DNA from: Escherichia phage vB_EcoM_ESCO47 | Sequence record: OM386662.1 | DNA length: 64,000 bases | Direction: 5' to 3' (one strand) | In this document: positions 43,359-51,766 of the stretch, in pieces | Layout of the letters: each line of letters opens with the position of its first letter | Numbering within the stretch: position 1 is the first letter of the stretch | Translations under genes and position numbers: made by a program | Notes under the pieces: generated by a model | What the model saw: only the letters and a program-made list of their open reading frames with translations | Told to the model about the DNA's origin: nothing | Databases searched by the model: none

Positions 43359-43754
43359 TCTAATATCAATAAACTTTATTCAGATATCGACCCGGAAATG
43401 CGTATGGATTGGAACAAGGACGTTGCTCGTTCTTTAGGACTTCGTTCTATTAAAAATAGTCTTCTTGGCATAGTGACAACTAGAAAAGGCTCGCGCCCCT
43501 TCGACCCTGAATTTGGATGCGATTTGGTCGACGAACTTTTCGAGAACATGACACCGCTTACAGCCGATACGATTGAGCGTAATATCCAGGCAGCAGTCCG
43601 TAACTATGAGCCGCGCATCGACAAACTTTCTGTAAGTGTAACGCCAGTATATGATGACTATACAGTTATAGTAGAGATTAGATTTTCGGTCGTAGATAAC
43701 CCTGATGATATCGAACAAATCAAACTTCAGTTAGCATCAAGCAATAGAGTGTAA
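43356..43754 (+). CDS. 25: gp25, baseplate wedge (sheath initiator)
   Basis: 132 aa (T4 length); TAATG overlap with 26. Confidence 0.85.
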   Translation: MSNINKLYSDIDPEMRMDWNKDVARSLGLRSIKNSLLGIVTTRKGSRPFDPEFGCDLVDELFENMTPLTADTIERNIQAAVRNYEPRIDKLSVSVTPVYDDYTVIVEIRFSVVDNPDDIEQIKLQLASSNRV

Positions 43755-43779
43755 TGCTTCAAGCAAAACTGTGTATAAT
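43755..43779 (+). promoter_or_regulatory. MotA-box middle promoter for uvsY
   Basis: TGCTTCA 43755-43761, 12 bp, TATAAT 43774-43779. Confidence 0.55.
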
Positions 43780-43834
43780 GGTTTTAGGTCCTTCCGATAC
43801 AGCCGGGAGATTATTAGTTAAAAGAGAGAATATT

Positions 43835-44248
43835 ATGAAGCTGGAAGATTTACAGGAAGAGTTAGACGCAGACTTAGCTATTGATACGACAAAGTTGCAA
43901 TATGAGACGGCGAATAATGTTAAGTTATACAGCAAATGGCTACGTAAGCACTCATTTATTCGTAAAGAAATGTTGCGTATAGAGACTCAGAAGAAAACTG
44001 CTCTAAAAGCAAGATTAGACTACTACTCGGGACGAGGTGACGGTGATGAATTCAGTATGGACCGATACGAGAAATCTGAAATGAAAACTGTCCTGGCTGC
44101 AGATAAAGATATTCTTAAGGTAGAGACATCTTTACAATACTGGGGAATTTTACTTGAGTTCTGTAGTGGTGCACTTGACGCAGTTAAGTCTCGTAGTTTT
44201 GCACTTAAACATATCCAAGATATGAGAGCCTTTGAAGCGGGGCAATAA
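43835..44248 (+). CDS. uvsY: UvsY recombination mediator
   Basis: ORF 43754..44248; ATG at 43835 gives 137 aa (T4 length) and lies downstream of a MotA-box middle promoter. Confidence 0.85.
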   Translation: MKLEDLQEELDADLAIDTTKLQYETANNVKLYSKWLRKHSFIRKEMLRIETQKKTALKARLDYYSGRGDGDEFSMDRYEKSEMKTVLAADKDILKVETSLQYWGILLEFCSGALDAVKSRSFALKHIQDMRAFEAGQ

Positions 44249-44472
44249 TGCGTTATTCAATTGAAGATGCCTTTAATAATGATGAAGAATTTGAAACTGA
44301 AATTAAATTCTTAATGGAAAAGTATCGTCTACGTCGTCAGGATATTCGTATCCTGGCAGACCACCCTTGTGGCGAAGACGTCCTTTATATTAAAGGGAAG
44401 TTTGCCGGGTACATCGACGAGTATTTTTATACAAAAGATATGGGTATCGATATGTGCATGCGAGTGGTATAA
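44248..44472 (+). CDS. hypothetical protein (uvsY.-1 position)
   Basis: 74-aa ORF overlapping uvsY stop. Confidence 0.55.
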   Translation: MRYSIEDAFNNDEEFETEIKFLMEKYRLRRQDIRILADHPCGEDVLYIKGKFAGYIDEYFYTKDMGIDMCMRVV

Positions 44473-44475
44473 ATA
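44468..44475 (+). promoter_or_regulatory. late promoter TATAAATA for small ORF 44505
   Basis: exact TATAAATA 30 nt upstream of ATG. Confidence 0.5.
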
Positions 44476-44504
44476 GATATGTAATTTCAACTTAGGAGGC
44501 AATC

Positions 44505-44672
44505 ATGTCAGATAAGATTTGTGTTGTCTGTAAAACTCCAATCGATTCTGCATTGGTTGTTGAAACAGACAAAGGTCCAGCACATCCTGGTCCTTGTTAT
44601 AATTATGTCAAACAATTGCCGGTTTCAGAAAGTTCAGAAGAGCAATTGAACGAAACCCAACTTTTACTATAG
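44505..44672 (+). CDS. small Cys-containing protein (55 aa)
   Basis: ATG with AGGAGG SD, TATAAATA 30 nt upstream, hairpin terminator downstream; CxxC...HxxC spacing. Confidence 0.55.
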   Translation: MSDKICVVCKTPIDSALVVETDKGPAHPGPCYNYVKQLPVSESSEEQLNETQLLL

Positions 44673-44696
44673 TGTTACCTTTTTTGCCTATGGTTT

Positions 44697-44727
44697 TTGG
44701 CCCTTCCAAAAAGGTCGGGCCTTTTTT
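44697..44727. terminator. hairpin with flanking A/T runs between convergent small ORF 44505 and uvsW.1
   Basis: GGCCC..GGGCC inverted repeat with AAAAA and TTTTTT tracts. Confidence 0.5.
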
Positions 44728-44729
44728 AA

Positions 44730-44963
44730 TTAGAAGTCTTCTTCCTCATCCTCATCATCGTCGCCTTCAAGTTCGGCACGCTTACCTGCTAAGGCATCCC
44801 TGACAGAAATATCATCTGTATCTTTTAATTCCGTTTCTTTTATACGTTTCTTATAATAAGCTTCCAATTCTTCAAGCCCTTCTAAGGTATGACAACTAGC
44901 AATTTTACCCATGAATTCGTCAATAGATGCTTCGTATAAAAATTGTTTAAATTCAAGTACCAT
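44730..44963 (-). CDS. UvsW.1 accessory protein
   Basis: 77 aa acidic ORF immediately downstream of uvsW. Confidence 0.6.
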   Translation of the reverse strand: MVLEFKQFLYEASIDEFMGKIASCHTLEGLEELEAYYKKRIKETELKDTDDISVRDALAGKRAELEGDDDEDEEEDF

Positions 44964-44988
44964 TTTTATCTCCTAAGGGCCGAAGCCC

Positions 44989-46503
44989 TTATAAATTAAT
45001 TGTTTTCATTACATAGTTAAATTTCTCATCAGCGTAACGTTGGATACGATCAATACCGTGTTTTAACAAGTAATTAAGATGAGTATACTTCTTTTTAGTA
45101 TTTAATGATTTAGGTTTTACACCTGCGTCATCGATGAGATCCCAAACTGTAGCAACAGCTTTAGAACCATGCTTACGAAGCACACGACCTACGGTTTGAA
45201 GTACGATAATTTTTGATTTAACACCATGGGCGAAAATAACATGATGAAGATTCTTGACTGAAATACCAGTAGAGAATACTCCATATGATGCGACAATAAT
45301 AATGCCTTTACCATTTTCTGCCATGACTTTAAGCGCGTTACGTGTTTCAGTATCAACTTCACCTGATACGTAATAAACTTTTTCGTATCCAAGCTCTTTA
45401 ATAGCTTCAAATATTTCTTTACCGTGTGTAACATGTTTAAACATTACAAAGGCGTTCTCGTCTTTCTTAGCCAATTTGACTGAAAGTTGAGCAATCCACT
45501 TTGTACGTCGTTTTAGTCCGGTAATAATTTTAACTTCTTCTTGGTATGTTTTACCTTTTAATTTAATGGTGAATTCGTCCGGATAACGAAGGAAAATACT
45601 ATTAATCTTAAGCTCAGTTACCTGTCCGTCTTCCATTAATTTAGACGTGCTAACAGGACGGAAGATTTCGCCGAACATACCTACGTACTGCATTACATTG
45701 GCTTTTCCGTCTCTTAATGAGCCAGATAAACCGAATTTAAACATGCAATTATTTAATCCTGAGATGATTGAAGAAATACTTTTGCCTGTTGCTAAGTGGC
45801 ATTCATCGTTCATCATCATACCGAACTGAGAGAACCATTCTTTAGGCTGCTTAACTACCGTTTGCCATGTGCCAACAATAATTGGAGCGTCGTTTTTAGA
45901 TTTGTCCACTTTATCAGCACCACCGCCAATTTTCTTAATCATCGAATGACTAAACAAGCGATAATCAACAAAATCATTAGCCATCTGGGTTGTCAATGCT
46001 GTTGTAGGGACGATAATGAGAATTTTACCTTCATAGTTCTCTAGATAATACCGAGCTAAAAGTGCTTGGATTAGTGATTTACCTGCTGATGTCGGAAGGT
46101 TTAAAATTCGACGACGATTAACTAGTCCTTCATATACTGCATCTTTTTGATACCAATGTGGTTCGATTTTGGCGTTGCCCGAATAAATTTCTTGTTTAGA
46201 AAGCCACGCGTCAAAATCTTCCCTGGTAAGGTCTTCGGTCTCAAAGATTTTAGGGTCAATCCATACAGAATAACTCATATTGTTACAGAACTTTTTTATT
46301 TGTCCTACAAGTCCATATGGTAACAAACGATTGTAATCTAAAAGACGAATTCTACCATCCCAGTTCCCATATTTGTAACGCGGGTTAAATTTATACCCGT
46401 CAGCTTCAAAGCTAAAAAAGTCACGAAGTTCGTAAAACGTACTTTCGTCGCATTCAATGCGAACGTGACTAAAATCATAAAAATGTACTTTAATGTCAGT
46501 CAT
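44989..46503 (-). CDS. uvsW: UvsW helicase (SF2)
   Basis: 504 aa; Walker A NLPTSAGKS and DECH box; late promoter upstream. Confidence 0.9.
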   Translation of the reverse strand: MTDIKVHFYDFSHVRIECDESTFYELRDFFSFEADGYKFNPRYKYGNWDGRIRLLDYNRLLPYGLVGQIKKFCNNMSYSVWIDPKIFETEDLTREDFDAWLSKQEIYSGNAKIEPHWYQKDAVYEGLVNRRRILNLPTSAGKSLIQALLARYYLENYEGKILIIVPTTALTTQMANDFVDYRLFSHSMIKKIGGGADKVDKSKNDAPIIVGTWQTVVKQPKEWFSQFGMMMNDECHLATGKSISSIISGLNNCMFKFGLSGSLRDGKANVMQYVGMFGEIFRPVSTSKLMEDGQVTELKINSIFLRYPDEFTIKLKGKTYQEEVKIITGLKRRTKWIAQLSVKLAKKDENAFVMFKHVTHGKEIFEAIKELGYEKVYYVSGEVDTETRNALKVMAENGKGIIIVASYGVFSTGISVKNLHHVIFAHGVKSKIIVLQTVGRVLRKHGSKAVATVWDLIDDAGVKPKSLNTKKKYTHLNYLLKHGIDRIQRYADEKFNYVMKTINL

Positions 46504-46532
46504 GTCAAATTACCATGTAATAAATATAGTTA

Positions 46533-46540
46533 TATTTATA
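46533..46540 (-). promoter_or_regulatory. late promoter TATAAATA for uvsW
   Basis: 30 nt upstream of start. Confidence 0.55.
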
Positions 46541-46553
46541 ATGAGGAAATACC

Positions 46554-47222
46554 ATGATCGATAAAGACTATATTGAAGAGTTACGTGCTCTTTCTGATAA
46601 AAAGGAAGCCAAAGCTAAACTGTTTGAATATGCGGGACAATTTGGCATTAGTGTTAAGAAAACAAAATCATTCGATAATATTGTTATTGATATCGAAGAA
46701 GCTCTTAACGCACTGGCTGATGAACCATTACCTGAAACTGATGGATTATCTATCACCGATTTAATTACTGCCGCAGATGATGTAGACGGTGTTAATTTCA
46801 CCAACGAAGAAGTTAAAGAAGAAGCTATTCTGTTGTTTGACTCTCCAACAGAACAAGTTGAAGTATTAGAAGTTGTCGAACAAGAAAAAGAATTCGACCA
46901 TGATAAATTCGAAGAAGCAATTACTCAGGTTGTTGAATCCGAAAAAGAGCCTGAGACAGAGGTAAATAAAGAAGTAAAATTTGTTCTGCCTGAAAATTTT
47001 AGTCCTACACTCATTAAATTAGGCAAAGGCCTAGGATATGTTACTGTTCCTTGGTGGATTTATCAATGGATAACCGAAACCCCAGATTGGAAATCTCGCC
47101 CAACTAGTTTTGTGCATGCTTCTGCTCACCAAACATTATTTAGCTTAATTTATTATATTAATCGCGATGGATCAGTTCTAATTCGTGAAACTCGTAATTC
47201 TTCTTTCGTAACATTAAAATAA
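46554..47222 (+). CDS. inh: Inh, inhibitor of prohead protease
   Basis: 222 aa acidic protein directly upstream of hoc. Confidence 0.6.
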   Translation: MIDKDYIEELRALSDKKEAKAKLFEYAGQFGISVKKTKSFDNIVIDIEEALNALADEPLPETDGLSITDLITAADDVDGVNFTNEEVKEEAILLFDSPTEQVEVLEVVEQEKEFDHDKFEEAITQVVESEKEPETEVNKEVKFVLPENFSPTLIKLGKGLGYVTVPWWIYQWITETPDWKSRPTSFVHASAHQTLFSLIYYINRDGSVLIRETRNSSFVTLK

Positions 47223-47231
47223 GGATAACTT

Positions 47232-48362
47232 ATGGCTTTTACAGTTGATATAACTCCTAAAACACCAACAGGGGTTATTGATGAAACCAAACAGTTTACT
47301 GCTGCACCTAGTGGTCAGGCTGAAGGTGGAACTATTACCTATGCATGGAGTGTAGATAATGTTCCTCAGGAAGGATCAGAGGCAACTTTTGATTATGTGT
47401 TAAAAGGACCTGCTGGTCAAAAGACTATTAAGGTAGTTGCAACAAATACTATTCCTGATTCTGAAGCTGAAACAGCTGAAATTAGTACAACTATTACAGT
47501 TCAAAACAAGACACAGACAACTACCTTGGCAGTAACTCCTGATAGCCCCGCGGCTGGAGTAATCGGAACAGCCGTTGAATTTACCGCTGCTTTAGCTTCG
47601 CAGCCACCGGACGCAAACGCTACTTATCAATGGTATGTAGATGATTCTCCTGTGGACGAAGCAACTTCTGCTACATTCAATTACACTCCTACCACAAGCG
47701 GAGTTAAAACAATTAAGTGTGTGGCTCAAGTAACCGCGACAGATTATGATGCAAAGGAAGTTACTTCGAATGAAGTATCATTAACGGTTAATAAGAAGAC
47801 AATGAATCCACAGGTTACATTGACTCCTCCTTCTATTAACGTTAAGCAAGATGCTTCAGCTACATTTACCGCTAATGTCACTGATACTCCAGAAGAAGCG
47901 CAAATTGAGTATTCATGGAAGAAAGATTCTTCTCCTGTAGAAGGGACAACTAATGTATATACCGTTGATACCTCATCTATTGGAAGTCAAACTATTGAAG
48001 TTACTGTAACTGTTACTGCTACTGATTATGATAGCAAAACTATTACAGCAGAAGGTCAAGTTCAGGTAACCGATAAAGTTGCTCCGGAACCAGAAGGTGA
48101 ATTACCTTATGTTCATCCTCTTCCACATCGTACTTCAGCTTACATCTGGTGCGGTTGGTGGGTTATGGATGAAATACAAAAAATGACTGAAGAAGGTAAA
48201 GATTGGAAAACTGAAGATCCAGATAGTAAATACTACCTGCATCGTTACACTCTTCAGAAGATGATGCAAGACTATCCGGAAGTTGATGTTCAAGAATCAC
48301 GTAATGGATACATCATCCATAAAACTGCTTTGGAAACTGGTATCATCTATACATATCCATAA
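47232..48362 (+). CDS. hoc: Hoc, highly immunogenic outer capsid protein
   Basis: 376 aa (T4 length), repeated Ig-like beta-rich modules, terminator after stop. Confidence 0.85.
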   Translation: MAFTVDITPKTPTGVIDETKQFTAAPSGQAEGGTITYAWSVDNVPQEGSEATFDYVLKGPAGQKTIKVVATNTIPDSEAETAEISTTITVQNKTQTTTLAVTPDSPAAGVIGTAVEFTAALASQPPDANATYQWYVDDSPVDEATSATFNYTPTTSGVKTIKCVAQVTATDYDAKEVTSNEVSLTVNKKTMNPQVTLTPPSINVKQDASATFTANVTDTPEEAQIEYSWKKDSSPVEGTTNVYTVDTSSIGSQTIEVTVTVTATDYDSKTITAEGQVQVTDKVAPEPEGELPYVHPLPHRTSAYIWCGWWVMDEIQKMTEEGKDWKTEDPDSKYYLHRYTLQKMMQDYPEVDVQESRNGYIIHKTALETGIIYTYP

Positions 48363-48365
48363 TCG

Positions 48366-48395
48366 AAAGGGGCTTCGGCCCCTTTCTTCGTTTTT
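48366..48395 (+). terminator. intrinsic terminator after hoc
   Basis: GAAAGGGGC-UUCG-GCCCCUUUC then U-rich. Confidence 0.65.
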
Positions 48396-48463
48396 AAAGC
48401 ATACAAAACACATCTTGAGATTGATGTATATAATGGCACAAACCAAATAATACGGGATTGATT

Positions 48464-48658
48464 ATGAGAGTTGAAGTTGAAGTTTATACATTACATGAGG
48501 CGGGATTTTCATTCGTAGAAATTGCTCAAAAAATCGGTTTACAACCTAAAGAAGTTGGATTACTATGGACTAAAGCCGAGACAGCTCGGTCAAAGTTTAA
48601 AGCAAAAGAAAAAGTTGTATACCGTAAACGTCTGATTAATAAAAAGGTGAAGAAATGA
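48464..48658 (+). CDS. hypothetical protein (24.3 position)
   Basis: ORF 48458 starts at TTG; ATG at 48464 gives 64 aa; basic C-terminus. Confidence 0.5.
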   Translation: MRVEVEVYTLHEAGFSFVEIAQKIGLQPKEVGLLWTKAETARSKFKAKEKVVYRKRLINKKVKK

Positions 48659-48906
48659 GTTTTGCACAGGAATTAAGAGAAAGGGCTCTGGCCACTAAAG
48701 CCAATTTGTTGAGTGATTTTATTACTAACTTCTCAGTAATAGCAGAGAAAGCTGCTGACAAAGGTCAGACATAATTCACGTACTATCCATCAAAGAATGA
48801 TTTAACTATCACCGAGCAAATCGGGCAATGGTTACGTGATAATGGCTTTCAGTATAAAATTAATCATGACCAGCGTGATGGGCACTGGATAGAAATCAAG
48901 TTCTAA
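48655..48906 (+). pseudogene. 24.2-like ORF interrupted by in-frame TAA (ochre) at 48772-48774
   Basis: ATG 48655 opens 39 codons, then TAA, then 43 further sense codons in the same frame to TAA at 48904-48906; no start codon for the downstream part. Confidence 0.35.
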
Positions 48907-49025
48907 TATGCTTTACATTTTTTGATGGTATAATGAATCTAGGTTCTATCCATTCAAATTAAACATCTGGTCAGAGACAGAGTCTCTGCTAATTATTTTG
49001 ATATTATTATTTATAATGGTGATTT

Positions 49026-50024
49026 ATGTTTAAGAAATACAGCAGTCTTGAAAACCACTACAACTCTAAGTTTATTGAAAAACTCTACACTAATGGTTTG
49101 ACTACTGGTGTTTGGGTAGCACGTGAGAAAATCCATGGGACTAACTTCTCGTTAATAATTGAACGTGACAACGTCACATGCGCCAAGCGCACAGGCCCTA
49201 TTCTTCCAGCAGAAGATTTTTATGGTTATGAAATCGTACTCAAGAAGTATGATAGAGCTATTAAAGCCGTTCAGGAATTCATGTACACAGCTCGAGCCGT
49301 ATCATATCAAGTATTCGGTGAATTCGCTGGCGGTGGAATCCAGAAAGGTGTTGACTACGGTGAAAAAGATTTTTATGTGTTCGATATCCTTATCAATACA
49401 GAAAGTGGTGATAATACGTATTTGACCGATTACGAAATGCAAGATTTCTGTAATGAATTCGGTTTTAAAATGGCACCAATGCTTGGTCGTGGAACATTTG
49501 ATGCTCTTATCACTATTCCAAACGACCTTGATTCCGTCTTAGCCGCTTATAATGCTACTGCGTCAGAAGACCTTGTCGAAGCAAATAATTGTGTATTTGA
49601 TGCTAATGTTATTGGTGATAATACTACGGAAGGTTATGTTCTGAAGCCTTGTTTCCCTAAATGGCTGCCAAACGGTACTCGTGTAGCTATTAAGTGCAAG
49701 AACTCTAAATTCAGTGAAAAGAAAAAGTCTGATAAGCCTATTAAAACTCAGGTTCCATTAACAGAAATTGACAAAAACTTGCTTGATGTTCTAGCTTGTT
49801 ATGTTACATTAAATCGTGTTAATAATGTTATTTCTAAGATTGGGACTGTAACGCCAAAAGATTTTGGCAAAGTGATGGGATTGACTGTTCAAGATATTCT
49901 GGAAGAAACTTCTCGTGAAGGTATTGTATTAACATCATCTGATAATCCGAATCTTGTTAAGAAAGAATTAGTCCGAATGGTGCAAGATGTTCTGCGTCCT
50001 GCATGGATTGAATTAGTATCATAA
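49026..50024 (+). CDS. rnlB: RNA ligase 2
   Basis: 332 aa; N-terminal KIHGTN adenylation lysine motif. Confidence 0.9.
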   Translation: MFKKYSSLENHYNSKFIEKLYTNGLTTGVWVAREKIHGTNFSLIIERDNVTCAKRTGPILPAEDFYGYEIVLKKYDRAIKAVQEFMYTARAVSYQVFGEFAGGGIQKGVDYGEKDFYVFDILINTESGDNTYLTDYEMQDFCNEFGFKMAPMLGRGTFDALITIPNDLDSVLAAYNATASEDLVEANNCVFDANVIGDNTTEGYVLKPCFPKWLPNGTRVAIKCKNSKFSEKKKSDKPIKTQVPLTEIDKNLLDVLACYVTLNRVNNVISKIGTVTPKDFGKVMGLTVQDILEETSREGIVLTSSDNPNLVKKELVRMVQDVLRPAWIELVS

Positions 50025-50025
50025 C

Positions 50026-50060
50026 AAAAAAAAAAGGGACCGTAAGGTCCCTTTTTTTTT
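50026..50060. terminator. bidirectional terminator between convergent rnlB and gene 24
   Basis: A10 GGGACC-GUAA-GGUCCC T9. Confidence 0.75.
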
Positions 50061-51342
50061 ATTCATCTATAATAATTTTAGGCAATTTAACACCGAGTAA
50101 AACAGACAAGTCCGAACGTCCTGCCATTTTATCCATGTCCCCGCCATCAATTATTCTCGCTTCTTTTTCATCTTTTGCTACTGTGTAAGGATTTGCTGAT
50201 AAAGCATATCTAACCAATAATCCGATAGACGGTTGCAAGCTTTCTGGATCAACTACAACTTTAAATGCACCAACATGTTCCGGGTCATCTAAATCTACTC
50301 CTTCAGTGTATGGAGCATAAAAGATGGACCCTACAATTTCTTTTTCGCCGATATTTTCTACAACACCCACAACAACATAATCTAACGGACTGTTGGTATC
50401 GCAGTAAAGAGGTAATCCATTTGCCAAGAATCCATAAGCATTTTGTGAAAGATACTTGTCATCTTCTGGCTTATGTTTTAACCAACCAGAAGCAGCAAGA
50501 ATAGCAGCTGCACGAGCTGAGGCTACACAAAACGTTGCAGTATAAGTTGTCTCTTTTTGAATGTGTGATACCATTTCACACACCATTCGATATAATGAAC
50601 GACCTGCTTCTGGAGCGGATGCATAGCTCAAGTCAATAAATCCGGTGTCAGTAATTCCAGTAACTTTATAACGTTTCGATACAGTAATTAAAGACTGAAG
50701 AATATCTTTATTAATTTCATCAGCCATTTCAGTTGCAAGCAAATCTTCTAAGAAGTTAGGGGCATCAAATCCATTCGCTTCCAAGTCTTGCGCTAATTCA
50801 ACCGTGAGACCAGTTTTAAGTTTACGGGATTTGACTGAAGTTTGCCATTTATTAATCTGGAATCTTGCATCCGCAATTTTGCTATCAGAGCTTTCAAATT
50901 TGCTTGTTGACGCTGCGTCAGAAAATAGACGAACCTTTAAAAGAACGACTGCAATCTGAAGAGCTAACTCTAAGTCGCTTTCTTCAATATCAGCAAATGG
51001 AGTATCTTCTAACACTTTATAGACGATATTATTATATTTGAATAAATCGCCTTTATCGAGAGTTAATTTAGACTCTTCTGTTAATTCTGTGATTTGTTCT
51101 CGGTCTACATATCCAGCTTCGCCTGCATAAGTAGCACCAGTTTTAAATGTGAATTCGTTATCTGGGTTAAGATATTTGATACCATAAAAAGCAGCAACAG
51201 GTTGATTAGTTCTTTGTGTTGCTACAATGTCAGAATATATTAATTTGGTCGTAGCGCGAGTCAAAGCAACGAGATTTGGGCGACCAATTGAGTTGCTAGT
51301 AGACGTTGTAGATTCACGCAATAATTTTTGGATTTTACTCAT
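50059..51342 (-). CDS. 24: gp24, capsid vertex protein
   Basis: 427 aa (T4 length), paralogous fold to gp23; late promoter upstream. Confidence 0.9.
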   Translation of the reverse strand: MSKIQKLLRESTTSTSNSIGRPNLVALTRATTKLIYSDIVATQRTNQPVAAFYGIKYLNPDNEFTFKTGATYAGEAGYVDREQITELTEESKLTLDKGDLFKYNNIVYKVLEDTPFADIEESDLELALQIAVVLLKVRLFSDAASTSKFESSDSKIADARFQINKWQTSVKSRKLKTGLTVELAQDLEANGFDAPNFLEDLLATEMADEINKDILQSLITVSKRYKVTGITDTGFIDLSYASAPEAGRSLYRMVCEMVSHIQKETTYTATFCVASARAAAILAASGWLKHKPEDDKYLSQNAYGFLANGLPLYCDTNSPLDYVVVGVVENIGEKEIVGSIFYAPYTEGVDLDDPEHVGAFKVVVDPESLQPSIGLLVRYALSANPYTVAKDEKEARIIDGGDMDKMAGRSDLSVLLGVKLPKIIIDE

Positions 51343-51369
51343 TGCATTTTTTCCTTATGTGATATAGAT

Positions 51370-51377
51370 TATTTATA
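51370..51377 (-). promoter_or_regulatory. late promoter TATAAATA for gene 24
   Basis: 28 nt upstream of start. Confidence 0.6.
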
Positions 51378-51383
51378 AAGATT

Positions 51384-51413
51384 GTTTACAACGTATTTGG
51401 TATGTGATACTAT
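51384..51413 (+). promoter_or_regulatory. early promoter
   Basis: GTTTAC 51384-51389, TGTGATACTAT 51408-51413. Confidence 0.6.
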
Positions 51414-51443
51414 AGACTTATCAACTACAGAGGAGTAAACAAA

Positions 51444-51713
51444 ATGACTAAAGCACGTTTCTTACGAGATACTTTAAAAGTTCTGGAAGCTGAAGCAGTT
51501 AAGTTAGTAGAAAAATATGGTGCAAAAGTTAATGGTAATGCCTTCAACAAAGTATGGATGAAAGTTGATTCTGAAGCTCGAGCTAAAGGTTATTGGGCCA
51601 CTGATAAACTTGCATCATTCAAAAACAAAGACGGTTCTCCAGCATATGTCCAAAAAGGTATGCCTAATTGGCAAAATATTTTGAAAACTTACATCGAAAT
51701 TGCACAGAAATAA
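51444..51713 (+). CDS. hypothetical early protein in the 24/23 intergenic slot
   Basis: 89-aa ATG ORF with early promoter and GAGGAG SD. Confidence 0.55.
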   Translation: MTKARFLRDTLKVLEAEAVKLVEKYGAKVNGNAFNKVWMKVDSEARAKGYWATDKLASFKNKDGSPAYVQKGMPNWQNILKTYIEIAQK

Positions 51714-51746
51714 AACCAAAAATGGGAGACCGAAGTCTCCCAAAAA
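51711..51746 (-). terminator. terminator downstream of gene 23 (A/T runs on both sides)
   Basis: GGGAGACCGAAGTCTCCC on + strand gives GGGAGAC-UUCG-GUCUCCC on - strand, flanked by AAAAA and AAAAAT. Confidence 0.65.
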
Positions 51747-51766
51747 TAAGATTTAATCAATTAAGA

